Below, piece by piece: positions 30,986 to 46,070 of a stretch of DNA of 64,000 nucleotides (within the stretch, counting starts at the first letter, position 1; each line of letters starts with the position of its first letter). The notes beneath the pieces are model-generated. The model had not been told where the DNA came from, made no database searches, and saw only the letters and a list, made by a program, of their open reading frames with translations. The position numbers and the translations under genes are program-made. The DNA lies in contig OZ024747.1 in assembly GCA_964016885.1 (NCBI GenBank), positions 81,840,001-81,904,000 on the forward strand, given 5' to 3'. Origin of the DNA: Eledone cirrhosa (taxonomy: Eukaryota).

Positions 30986-32313
30986 CAGCCAAATTTAACA
31001 GTTTTGATAGTTGGGCTGATTCTGATAAATGGTAACACCTACAAAAAAGTCAAATATTTACTGTTCATCTAGAGGTTCATTAGTATGCAAATGGGTTAAT
31101 TTGCATAATTAGTTAAATTTTAATTGGCTCTGTTTGTTGCAAAGTATTGTCTCAGATGAAGGTTTTACACAAATGTGTGCTCTGAATGATAGTTATTTCA
31201 TGTTCAATAGTTAATTCAATGTTCAGTTACATTGTTTTCTTATTGTTTTTCACAATTACCCTACTACATTCTATGCTATATAGTAAAATATGCCATAGGG
31301 TTAAAAGTGTTAGTATGGTTTTGTTGTATGAAAGAAATCTTTTCAGAAACATGTTATAAACAATAGTTTGTTTTAAGGCATTTAACCCTTTCATAACCTT
31401 CAATTAAATTTGAAAATAATCTAGAATTTGGTGTGATCTAGTGAAATAAAATTTTCATTATTAAGCTAGTATTTGTAACAGAGCTTAACAAAAACATTCA
31501 TAGATAACATTATGATTGAATGTTTTAATTTAAATAAGAACAATTTAAGATGAGAGGCTCTGAATCTTGGAGCCAAGGGCAATCACAAGAAGACTGGTAT
31601 CAAAAGTGTTTAGTAAAACCTATGACCCATGGCATGCTTTCATCTATTTGTGACTGTGTTTCTAATGAAATTCACTCTAATTCGTTTAATTAATGAAGAA
31701 CTGTTTGTGATTTACTAAATTTATTAATCATTTCATTACTAAGATTGTAACTTAACATATTATTATGCTGGATTGTTTTATTTTAAATAGGTACCTTTCA
31801 AATGGATGGTTTAGATTCCTAGAATTAGAGGCAGATTCTTCGTCTTCTTTAGGACAGAAATATTAGAACATTAAAAAAAATACTTCAAAGTATATTTTCA
31901 AATCCCACAGAATTGTATTTTGCCTTATACCGATCTAGTTTTGATAAAATAAAGCACCAGCCAAGTATTTATTTCATCAATTTTTCCATTCCTTCTCATC
32001 CTATCCCTATATTTGAGGGTCGGGAGTCATGGACTTATGAACCAGCACTCTCCATCTTTACCTGTCTCTTGCCATGCTGTAAATTCCGTCAAACTCCTGC
32101 CTGTCCAATCTTTAATATCATCTGTCCATCTCCTTTTCTGCCGTCCCCTGGCCCTTTTCCACTGTATTCGTCCCTCAAGGATGTGCGTAGTCAAACTTTG
32201 AGCCCTGGTGACATGACTAAAATTCTCACGTTTCCTTACAACGTTTCCCATCCCCTAATAAATTGCAAGCCTTGTGCCTAAATTAGAAACCAATATCATT
32301 ATTAGTGATAATA

Positions 32314-32545
32314 GAGTGCAGTGGATTGGCAGTATCGGTAGAGAGTCGGACACCATGCTTTGCAGCATTGAGTTACAGCCCTTATGATCTGAGTTCGAAT
32401 CCTGCCGAGGTTAACTTTGCCTTTCATCCTTACGGGGTCGATAAAATAATGTACCAGTCATGCACTGGGGCCAATTTAATCAACTTTTCCCTCCCACCAA
32501 AATTGCTAGCCTTGTGCCTATATAAGAAACCATTATTAGTAGTGG
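32314..32545 (+). mobile_element. tRNA-derived SINE (long-tail variant)
   Basis: GTGGATTGGCAG A-box, GAGTTCGAATCC B-box, central domain, tail. Confidence 0.88.
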
Positions 32546-32818
32546 TAAGAGTAATAGTAATAGCAGCAATAATAGTATTTTAATATAGCTGAGAAGAGAT
32601 TCTAATCAGAATGACTGCAGGCCTCCGAAATCACTTATCATGTCTCACTAGAAGCTTCTGATTAACTTTCTCAGACCTAAAGAATTTCACTATAATCTTT
32701 TCCAGTTTTCTGCTTGTTTATATTATAACTTTTTGTTTGTATTTCTCTCATCACCTATGTTTCTGCATGTTTACTATTCTCACTGCTATGTATGTATGTA
32801 TATATTAACTACACACAC

Positions 32819-32853
<35 letters not shown>

Positions 32854-32877
32854 CGTACATATACATACATACATACA

Positions 32878-32913
<36 letters not shown>

Positions 32914-33823
32914 TACACACACACACATATATATATACATACATACCTATTTATATATACACACACACAGACATATATATATACATATATACATATACAT
33001 ATATATATATATATATACACACACAGACATATATATATACATATATACATATACATACATATATATATGTACATATATATATATATGTACATATATACAT
33101 ATACATATATATATATGTACATATATACATATGTACATATGTACATATATACATATGTACATATATACATATACACATAAGTACATATATACATATACAT
33201 ACATATATATATATGTACATATATACATATATACATATACATATATATATATATATACATATATACATATACATATACATATATATATATGTATGTACAT
33301 ATATACATATACATATATATATATACATATACATACATATACATACATACATATATATATACATACATATATATATATACATACATATATATATGCATAC
33401 ATATATATATACATACATATACATACATACATATATATACATATATACATATATACATATGTACATATATACATATACATATATACATATACATACATAT
33501 ATATATACATACATACATGCTGTATATGTACATATATGCATATACATATATATATATACATAGATACATACTGTATATGTACATATATGCATAGACATAT
33601 ATATACATATATACTGTATATGTACATATATGCATATACATATATATATACATACATACATGTACATATATGCATATACATATATTTATACATACATACA
33701 TATATGTACATATATATATATATACATACATATATGTACATATATATATACATACATATACGTACATATATACATACATATACGTACATATATACATATA
33801 TATATATATACATACATATATGC

Positions 33824-33868
<45 letters not shown>

Positions 33869-34458
33869 TATATATATTTATATACATATATATATATTTT
33901 TTATTTTGGTTTTTTCATTTCAATTTTCAAGTCAGAAAAGATATTATGAGGTTGTATAAATTACATATATATTTTGCTATTTTTGCCTGTCTTATTTCCT
34001 TTCAAATTTATTTTCTTATATACACATAATCCAATAATGTTTGTTTGTTATTGGATTTTCACAGTTTCACAATGAATAAGACTTCTATGAAATGCAAACA
34101 TGAGCACATGCAAACGTACGTACATATGCAATTTCTACTGTCACCACCATAATTATCATCCTCACCCTTCTCTACAGCTGTACCACATGCAATTTTCATT
34201 AAAACGTTCTTCAGTAACAAGATTTCTGACCTATTAATATTTACTTCATTATTTGCTAAGAACTTATCAATATAGAAATCTTTCTCTCCCTCTACCTGTG
34301 TGTGTGTGCATATATATGCATGTATGTATAGATACACACACACAAATATACTTCCGTATATATATAAATACACATGCATATTCAGATATATATATATATC
34401 TGAATATGCATGTATATATACGGAAGTATATTTGTGTGTCTATCTATATATATATATA

Positions 34459-36186
<1,728 letters not shown>

Positions 36187-36552
36187 AATATATATGTACA
36201 CACACACATACATAGATGTTTATATACTTGCATATATACATACACACACACACACATGTACACACACACACATATGTTTTATACATGCATATATACATAC
36301 ACACATATATGTACACACACACACATACATATATGTTTATATACATGCATATATACATACACACACACATATATATATGTTTATATACATGCATATATAC
36401 ATACACAAACACACATATATATATATACACATACAGATATACACATACATTATATACATAAATATATATATATATATATACGCACACACATAAATATGTA
36501 CATACATCAATATATATGTATCAACAGTCGATCAACTTTCGTTAAATATTTA

Positions 36553-38066
36553 TATCATCATCATCATCATTGTTTAACGTCCATATTCCACGCTCGCATG
36601 GGTTTGGACAGGAGTTTTCCCACTTGAGGCAAGAGTGGTTGTCTTGCTCACATAGGGCTGTCTGGCGGGTTTTCTACAGCTGGATGCCCTTCCTAACACC
36701 AACCACATTTACAGTGTGGAACTGGAAGGTTTTTACCGTGTTACCTACACGCCCACATTACAGCGTGCACTGTGTGTTTTTTTGTCGTGACACCTACACG
36801 ACCTCATTTGTTTCGGGCTGGATGTTGTGGTACCAACATAACTTTACATTGAAAGGGGTGGTGTGGATGGGGTGGGGGTAGTGGGAGGGGTGGGGGGGGG
36901 GGGGGTATTTTGTTAGCGGTGCTAACTGACTGTAGTAGGTTTCACTTTGCACTTAGGTAAGGCGGGTCTTCTCTATTACTGTGTAGCGCCAAAGATCTCG
37001 GTCCAGTGACATTGTCTTGGAGAGGTCTAAGTGTGTGAGGTCGGAATTTATCAAGTCGTCCCAGGTTTTTCTGGGTCTGCCTACTCCGTGGCTACCGTCT
37101 ATTTTTATTGCCCTGCACTTTTTTATACAGCTGTCGTCTTTCATGCGCATCACGTGACCATACCAACGTAGTCTTCTCTCGAGTAAACAACATCTGATCC
37201 CTCTTATTTCTAATTTCTCCCTTAGTTCGTTTATGCTTTGCCGTTCACGTATATTACTATTACACATCCAGCGGAGCATGCAAGCTTCGTTTCTCTCCAG
37301 TCTGCATATATCCTCTGCACACAATGCCCAGGTCTCACTGCCATGTAACATTGCTGTTCGTATGCAGGCATCATACAGCCTGCCTTTCATCTTTAGAGAG
37401 AACCCTTTAGCGGCCAATAGTGGTATAAGCTCTCTGAACTTTTTCCATCCCGTTCTGACTCTAGCTACTGTACTTTCAGAGCACCCTCCCCCACTGCTGA
37501 TTTTGTCACCCAGATAACGGAAGCTTTCCACTATTTCTATAGAACCATCTGTGCAATGGAATGAGTTAGTATTCTGTGGGCACTTGCTGCTACTTATTGC
37601 ACAAGAGCACTGGCCACATATAAAATCCATATTCTTAGTTAGCTTACCTGTGATCCCACTACATCTTTTATGTACCCATACTTTGCATTTGGGACATAAA
37701 ATGGAATTTCTGCCTACTCCTTTCCTACACACTGAGCATGGCCATTTCCCAGATGAGACCGGTGCCCTATTTTCCTTCCTACAAACTAGAACTTTAGTCT
37801 TAGACAAGTTAACTTTAAGGCATTTTGATTCTAGGCCATGCTTCCATGTTTGGAATTTCTTCACTAGTTCAGCCATTGATTCAGCTATGAGCGTTAGATC
37901 ATCTGCGTATAGGAATTCCCATGGGCAGCCGGTCTTGAACTCCTCTATTATAGCCTGAAGGGCAATAATAAATAGTAGGGGGCTAAGGACGGAGCCCTGA
38001 TGAACACCAACTTTTAAGCTAAACTCTTCACTATATTCGTTGTTAATTCTAACCTTGCTGACTGTT

Positions 38067-38071
<5 letters not shown>
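36553..38071 (-). mobile_element. 5'-truncated RTE LINE, family 2 (RT + PHD finger)
   Basis: Open frame 38071-36953 nearly identical in protein to 17950-19284; same 3' UTR and (GAT)n tail. Confidence 0.93.
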
Positions 38072-38098
<27 letters not shown>

Positions 38099-38229
38099 GA
38101 ATGTATATATATATATATATATATATATATGAATGTATATATATATATATATATATATATGAATGTATATATATATATACATTCATATATATATATATAT
38201 ATACATACATTCATATATATATATATACA

Positions 38230-38266
<37 letters not shown>

Positions 38267-38391
38267 TCATATATATATATATATACATTCATATATATAT
38301 ATATATATATATACATTCATATATATATATATATATATACATTCATATATATATATATATATATACATTCATATATATATATATATATACA

Positions 38392-38428
<37 letters not shown>

Positions 38429-38460
38429 AGATCAAAAGATGGTTAAAGGAGTTCAATATA

Positions 38461-38527
38461 TTTTATTATGCGCATTTCAAAAACAAACATCATCAAACAA
38501 TAATATTTGTGTTTTCATCAGATAAAA
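38461..38527 (-). ncRNA. Type I hammerhead ribozyme (H2)
   Basis: TTTTAT-CTGATGA-helix II-GAAA-TGCGCA-TA-ATAAAA on the minus strand. Confidence 0.8.
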
Positions 38528-38651
38528 CAGGAGAACATGATATGAAGGCTAAAAAAACACTTGTTGATAGTGCAGTTTTAAATCAACATATGTTGATTTA
38601 AAACTGCACTATCAACAAGTGTTTTTTTAGCCTTCATATCATGTTCTCCTG

Positions 38652-38718
38652 TTTTATCTGATGAAAACACAAATATTATTGTTTGATGATGTTTGTTTTT
38701 GAAATGCGCATAATAAAA
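38652..38718 (+). ncRNA. Type I hammerhead ribozyme (H2)
   Basis: TTTTAT (38652-57) CTGATGA (38658-64) helix II GAAA (38701-04), palindromic ATGCGCAT, predicted cut after A38712, ATAAAA (38713-18). Confidence 0.8.
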
Positions 38719-38871
38719 TATATTGAACTCCTTTAACCATCTTTTGATCTTATATTATGCATACTCCAGTCCCACATACTGTAGAGTGCTTCTTATCCGA
38801 TATCTGCATTGCTTTATTGTACTACAATAAAACTCACCTCCTACATATATATATATATATATATATATACA

Positions 38872-38920
<49 letters not shown>

Positions 38921-38971
38921 TCATATATATATATATATATACATTCATATATATATATATATATATATACA

Positions 38972-39032
<61 letters not shown>

Positions 39033-39194
39033 TCATATATATATATATATATATATACATTCATATATATATATAGAGAGAGAGAGAATTAGTACATCTA
39101 CCAACATATGTGTACAGATGTGCACTCATGCTAGCAAATACATAAGTTATGTCTTAGTACCTATGTGGTTCTATGCAGGTGAATGCAGAACAAT

Positions 39195-39324
39195 TATATG
39201 AAAGACGTAAAAGAAAATTTTAAAAATTAAAAAATTAAGAAAATTTTAAAAATTAAAAATCAACTTACTAAAATTTTAGTAAGTAAGTTGATTTTTAATT
39301 TTTAAAATTTTCTTATTTTACGTC

Positions 39325-39333
<9 letters not shown>
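39195..39333. repeat. AT-rich fold-back (imperfect palindrome)
   Basis: TATATGAAAGACGTAAAA ... TTTTACGTCTTTCATATA with inner arms AAGAAAATTTTAAAAATTAAAAATCAACTTACT and centre TTACTAAAATTTTAGTAA. Confidence 0.8.
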
Positions 39334-39361
<28 letters not shown>

Positions 39362-39396
39362 TATATATACACACATTCATATATATATATATATAT

Positions 39397-40890
39397 AATG
39401 TAGGAGGTGAGTTTTATTGTAGTACAATAAAGCAATGCAGATATTGGATATCCAATTCCTTCTATAGATAACACTAGGTCACTTGTTAATAACTCTGCTA
39501 ATCTCTCTAATCGCAATTGCAATTGCCCTGTTAAAAATAAATGTCCTCTCAAAACCATTGTCTTGAAAAAAACTTAATCTACGAATGTAAAGTTATAACT
39601 GACACCAATTCCTTCACCTATTTTGGCTCCACTTCCACCTCCTTTAAAGCTCGTCTTTATAATCATCATTTGTCTTTTAAATACCAACTTAAAAGAACCA
39701 ACACGGCACTCTCAGAACTCATATGGTCCTTGAAAGACAAAAATATTAAATATAACATCTCTTGGAAAAAGGTTTCTTCTGCTCCTACATACTTGAACAG
39801 TTCTCTATCCAAGACTTGCAATCTGTTTAAATGAAAAATTTACCATTATATCTAATTTAGATTCTATAATAAATAGACGCACTGACTTGTTTTCTCTCTG
39901 CTTGCATAAATTCCACAGAACATTCCATAAAATATACAGCTAATATCTAATACTTTATCAATTTAAAATCCTTTTCTCAAAGGCACATATATATATATAT
40001 ATACTTCTTTAAAAATATACCCATCTTTCTACCTTATTTCAAAGTTATTTATTATACATTATATAATACTAGTTACTTATTCTATATCATTCCTATTTAT
40101 CACTTCCCTTTCTCCCCTTTCCTCTTCTTTTCTTTTTCTTTTAATTTCTAACCCCTAATCTGTACCTTTTCTCATTGTGCCTAACATAGAAACAATTATT
40201 ACACAGTACAATATATTCTTACTTCATATCACCTTGAAAAAATCCTTCGTAAACATAAACATTTTTTTTTTTACGTTAGATTATTCATCCTCAATTCATT
40301 ATTTTTTTTCTCCCTTTCATGCTCATCTAACTTATTCATCCTATCTTCTACTTTTTTCACAATATATCCTTACTTACATTACTATTGCTATATTTTTTAA
40401 TAATACATATCAACATTTTCTTTCCATCGCACATATTATTAAACCCTTAAATATTCTTAATACATATTAACAATTTCTTTTCATCGCACATATTATTAAA
40501 CCCTTCAATATACAAACCTTAACTTAACATTATTTTTCTCTTCGTTAATTTTCAAATTCTTTTAATTTATATATTATCTTCCAACGGTTTTTCAACCTCT
40601 CTATGTAAAACAATATATTTTTCTCAGTTATAAAAGCTATCTCTCTCTCTCTATCACCCATCTCTACTCCTATCTCATCCTTCCTCATTATACTCCTCCC
40701 CCTCCACTTTTTACTCTCATCTCCTCCTCTTTTTCATCCTTTCCAACCTCACCCCCCCTCTCAAAATTTTTTTTTTTCCCCAATATCACACATCAATCTA
40801 AAACTACTTTCCATATGTTGATTTAAAACTGCACTATTCACAAGTGTTCTTTAACCTTCATATCATGTCTTCCTATTTTATCTGATGAAA
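39397..40890 (+). mobile_element. Short 5'-truncated Naiad-type PLE: inverted H2 tail + GIY-YIG fragment + pyrimidine-rich UTR + start of H2 pLTR
   Basis: RNCNCPVKNKCPL / HCLEKNLIYECKV..YFGSTSTSFKARLYNH..TALSELIW..CNL (frameshifted); 39397-39450 is the reverse complement of the H2 tail; 40812-40890 is the H2 5' part up to CTGATGAAA. Confidence 0.82.
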
Positions 40891-42300
40891 CAGTACACTA
40901 ACATCCCCCACGACCTAGGGATTGAAGCTGTGGACTTCTGGATTACAAAATACTCAAGTCACATTTCAGAAAGATTCCCCAAAGAATTCATCTTGGAAGG
41001 ACTTAAATTAGTATTGGAAAACAACCACTTCCTCTTTGACAACGAACTTTATCTACAAATAAAAGGAACAGCCATGGGTACCAAAGTGGCCCCTACATAT
41101 GCAACGCTCGTTATGGGTCACTTAGAGGCAAAATTATATTCCCAACTACAGATAACATTCAGTCACGACTTCGCCTTCTACATTAATAAAAACTGGAAAC
41201 GTTACCTAGATGACTGCTTCATCTTCTGGAACAGAAGCCAAACAGACCTACAAAAATATTATTCGATCCTAAACAGGCTTCATGAAGCTATACAATTCAC
41301 TATGGAATGTAACGAAAAGGAACTGCCCTTTCTAGATATCCTCATCATTAAAGAAGGGGAAAATATCATAACGGACCTATTTTGCAAACCCACTGACACA
41401 CACCAATACTTAAATTTCCGGTCAGCACACCCCTCACATACGAAAAGGAACATTCCCTTCAACATGGCAAGGCGCATCTGCACTATAGCAACACACTCCG
41501 TACTACAAGAAAAAAGATTATGTGACCTGAAAAAATTCCTTAAAAAACAAGAATACCCGATGAAACTCATCAACGCAGCCATCTCCAAGGCTAAGAACAT
41601 CCCAATAACAACACTGAGAAAACCAAACCCACAACATAAAAAAGAAAACCCTGCTATCTCTTTTGTCATCACTCACAACCCAGGGAACATCAACATTGTG
41701 AAACTGCTAAGCAGTATCTCCCGATTCTACAGCAATCTACCAAAATGAATGCACTCTTAAAAAACACACAGATAATTTATAGCAGACGCCAAGCACCCAA
41801 CCTTAAAACACTAATTACCAAGGCAAAATTTACGACCAACATGGAATCAATGCAAGTGACGAAATGCGGGGACCCTAGATGTGGAACCTGTGAACTCATC
41901 GAAGAGGGCAAACAGTTGTCCTTCAAAAACCATGATAATTTCAAGGTCAATGCAAACATGAACTGCAAAACGAAAAACCTAATATATTGCGCAACATGTC
42001 CACAGTGTAAAGAGTATTACATTGGGGAAACCGGAACGGGATTACATGATAGAGTCCGGGCACATAAACAACAAATTAAAGACCCCACAGTCAGAAATAC
42101 CACATGTAGAGCACACTTTGCATCATGCGGGAAGGGAAAATTCACAATCTTCCCTTTCTTCAAGATATGGTCGGATAACGAACATTTCCGCAGATATAAA
42201 GAAGAATTCTTCATTGAAAAATTTAAACCACTACTGAACACGAAAAAATGAATTAACACTCGGAGGTAAAATTCCATTTCACTACCCCCCCCCCCCCCTC
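40891..42300 (+). mobile_element. 5'-truncated Neptune/Nematis-type PLE (RT + Cys-rich linker + GIY-YIG), one frameshift near 41700
   Basis: [69 protein letters not shown]. Confidence 0.9.
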
Positions 42301-42546
42301 TTCTTATGTGAACACATGAATATCTGAGTGAACGGTGAGACACACACATATATGTGTGTAGGTATGTATGGATGTATGTACGTGTGGGTATATATGTATG
42401 TGGGTGTGTGTATGTGTGTGTGTGTATATATATGTATGGATGTGTGTATGTTTGTATATGTGTGTGTGTATATATATATGTATGTGTGTATGTGTGTGTG
42501 TATATATATGTATATGTATATGTATGTATGTGTATGTTTGTATATA

Positions 42547-42577
<31 letters not shown>

Positions 42578-42766
42578 GTTTATATGTGTGTGTATGTATA
42601 TGTATGTACCTATATATATGTGTGTGTGTGTATGTATGTGCATATATGTATATATGTGTGTACATATGTGTATGTTTCTGTATGTGTATATGTATGTATG
42701 TATGTAGATGTATGTATATATATGTATATATATATGTATGTGTGTATGTATGTGTGTGTATGTATA

Positions 42767-42838
<72 letters not shown>

Positions 42839-43069
42839 TTAGAAACACACAGATACATGCGGACACACACATATACATGAATGCATCCACACCCAACCGT
42901 GAGTTAAGGGTGCCAACCTCACCGATGTTGCTCAATGAATGACTGGGACAGACCAGTCCAGTTGAACCAGACTGAACCAGTATCAGAGTTAAAAATACAT
43001 TATGAAGAGAGAAGAAACATTTAGATATAATTAGTAATAAAATGTATCATACCTAAAGTGCTCCTAGAT

Positions 43070-43159
43070 TCCTCGACTACGTAGTTTCGTGGCATAAACA
43101 AAAACAATACATCATAAAGATATAGAGTCCCTGCGAGGTCTGCCGAATTATCAAGAGGA
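43070..43159 (-). ncRNA. Type I hammerhead ribozyme (H4), U3-A8 variant
   Basis: TCCTC-TTGATAA-TTCGGCA...TGCCAC-GAAA-CTACGTAG-TC-GAGGA. Confidence 0.68.
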
Positions 43160-44010
43160 TACCTCATTTCACTAGTCTCAAAAACGCGTCTACACGACGT
43201 GAGAAAGAATCCCAAAAGGCGGAGGGGGAGATAGTCACGCGATATAACGGTCGAGAAACAGAGCTAAGCCTCTTATAACCCCGAAGAAAATACCACAGAG
43301 GCGGAGGGGGTATTTATATCGAAGCCGCAGAAGAGGTGGTGAAGGAGACGAGAAGTATGAGTAATGGCAGCTTTCCAGCAGCCACCACACTTCAAAGATT
43401 ACTCGACCAGAGGGAGTTATTAACAATATATTTAGAAACACACGGGCATATGTAGGAATATATAGGCACACACCATCAATGACACACCCATGTACATATA
43501 CATCCACATACATACACAAAAACATATAAAGACACATATAAAAACACATATACACATACGTACACACACGAATATGTACTCATACCTCCACATGGGTACA
43601 TATATATATACATACATACATATACATATACATACATATACACACATAAAGATACATAACTAAATATACATATATACACATACATGCACACATACACACA
43701 CACACACACACGTGTACACACGCACTGTGTGTTTCTAAATATATTGTTAATAACTCCCTCTGGTTGAGTAATCTTTGAAGTGTGGTGGCTGCTGGAAAGC
43801 TGCCATTACTCATACTTCTCGCCCCCTTCACCACCTCTTCTGCGGCTTCGATATAAATACCCCCTCCGCCTCTGTGGTATTTTCTTCGGGGTTATAAGAG
43901 GCTTAGCTCTGTTTCTCGACCGTTATATCGCGTGACTATCTCCCCCTCCGCCTTTTGGGATTCTTTCTCACGTCGTGTAGACGCGTTCTTGAGACTAGTA
44001 AAACGAGGTA

Positions 44011-44100
44011 TCCTCTTGATAAGTTGGCAGACCTCGCAGGGACTCTATATCTTTATGATGTATTGTTTTTGTTTATGCCACGAAACTACGTAGTCGAGGA
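44011..44100 (+). ncRNA. Type I hammerhead ribozyme (H4), U3-A8 variant
   Basis: Helix I TCCTC/GAGGA, core TTGATAA (44016-22), helix II GT(T)GGCA/TGCCAC, GAAA (44082-85), palindromic helix III ACTACGTAGT, GUC site (44093-95). Confidence 0.75.
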
Positions 44101-44169
44101 ATCTAGGAGCACTTTAGGTATGATACATTTTATTACTAATTATATCTAAATGTTTCTTCTCTCTTCATA

Positions 44170-44215
<46 letters not shown>

Positions 44216-44402
44216 GTATGTATGTATATGTATGTGTATATATGTATGTGTGTATGTATGTACTTGTATGTGTATGTGTATGTATGTGTATATATATATA
44301 TATATATATATGTGTGTATATATATATAGATATATATATATATGTATATGTATGTATATGTGTGTATGTGTCTGTATGTGTTTATGTGTACATATATGTA
44401 TG

Positions 44403-44437
<35 letters not shown>

Positions 44438-45475
44438 ATGCCTCTCTCTCTCTCTATATATATATATATATGTATGTGTGTATGTGTGTATGCATGTGTG
44501 TGTGAACGGAGATATATATACGGACATATGTATATGTGTGTGTGTGTGTGTGCGTGTGTACACGTGTGTGTGTGTGTGTGTGTGTGTGTGCATGTATGTG
44601 TATATATGTATATTTAGTTATGTATCTTTATGTGTGTATATGTATGTATATGTATGTATGTATATATATATGTACCCATGTGGAGGTATGAGTACATATT
44701 CGTGTGTGTACGTATGTGTATATGTGTTTTTATATGTGTCTTTATATGTTTTTGTGTATGTATGTGGATGTATATGTACATGGGTGTGTGATTGATGGTG
44801 TGTGCCTATATATTCCTACATATGCCCGTGTGTGTATGTACGTATATATGCACATATGTGTGTGTTGAACAAAGGACTAATTTTGGGATGGACGTAGAAA
44901 AATTCTTCACAAAAAAATAATTGTTTACAAACTTGGCAGGTGCGATTTGCCTGTGACCATTCTCAACACAAAGGAACACTAAAAACTTTTTCCCCTGAAT
45001 AAAGGAATTTTTCGAGAATGACCGGGGCAGGCCGCACTTGCTACATTTCTCCCCACCCAACCCTACTCACCGTCTCAACTCATTACTGCTATTAACACTT
45101 TTTCAACACACCTACACCCATACACTTATTAAAGGGGGAGAAAAAAAACCCCACCACACCACAGACATATTAAATCCCTATATATAGAACAACACACCAC
45201 ATACACATCAGTTTGACAAGCGCACCTCAGCGTGAAAGGTCGTTCTAAAAACGAAACAATACCTCCTACGTTAACCAAGAACTCCTAAGACCTAACCAAC
45301 AACCAACAACTTAATTTATAAAATAATTTTTTTTAAGAAAAAATTTTTTATAATCCGGAAAAAAATTCTTTTTGGATTTTGTGAAGAAAATAAATTTGTT
45401 GAAAGCACAAGTGAAGCCATTTTTTCTTCCCCCCTGTCTTAATATACCTAACTGTACCAAGGATTACACACATTT

Positions 45476-45541
<66 letters not shown>

Positions 45542-45716
45542 TCATATATATATATATATATATATACATTCATATATATATATATACACATTCATATATA
45601 TATATATATACATTCATATATATATATATATACATTCATATATATGTATATATACATTCATATATATATATATACATTCATATATATATATATACATTCA
45701 TATATATATATATACA

Positions 45717-45771
<55 letters not shown>

Positions 45772-45892
45772 TCATATATATATATATATATATACATTCA
45801 TATATATATATATATACATTCATATATATATATATATATACATTCATATATATATATATATATATATACATTCATATATATATATATATACA

Positions 45893-45942
<50 letters not shown>

Positions 45943-46035
45943 CATTCATATATATATATATATATATATATACATTCATATATATATATATACATTCATA
46001 TATATATATATACATTCATATATATATATACATTC

Positions 46036-46070
<35 letters not shown>

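Larger units (their letters stand above)
38421..38845. mobile_element. Fold-back solo pLTR (H2): 338-bp perfect palindrome plus an ~87-bp unique tail
   Basis: 38421-38589 is the reverse complement of 38590-38758 (centre AATCAACAT|ATGTTGATT), no mismatch seen by eye. Confidence 0.9.
42995..44175. mobile_element. Inverted repeat with 449-bp arms (42995-43443 / 43727-44175), hammerhead family H4, probable PLE pLTR
   Basis: Arms differ at about 8 positions by eye; the 283-bp spacer is the reverse complement of 44551-44833. Confidence 0.85.

Noticed and set aside
45370-45420. GTGAAGA...GAAA hammerhead-like string
   Set aside because: C3 missing, helices II and III weak, no valid NUH; surrounding 44860-45480 looks like a degraded or error-rich LINE end that I could not classify
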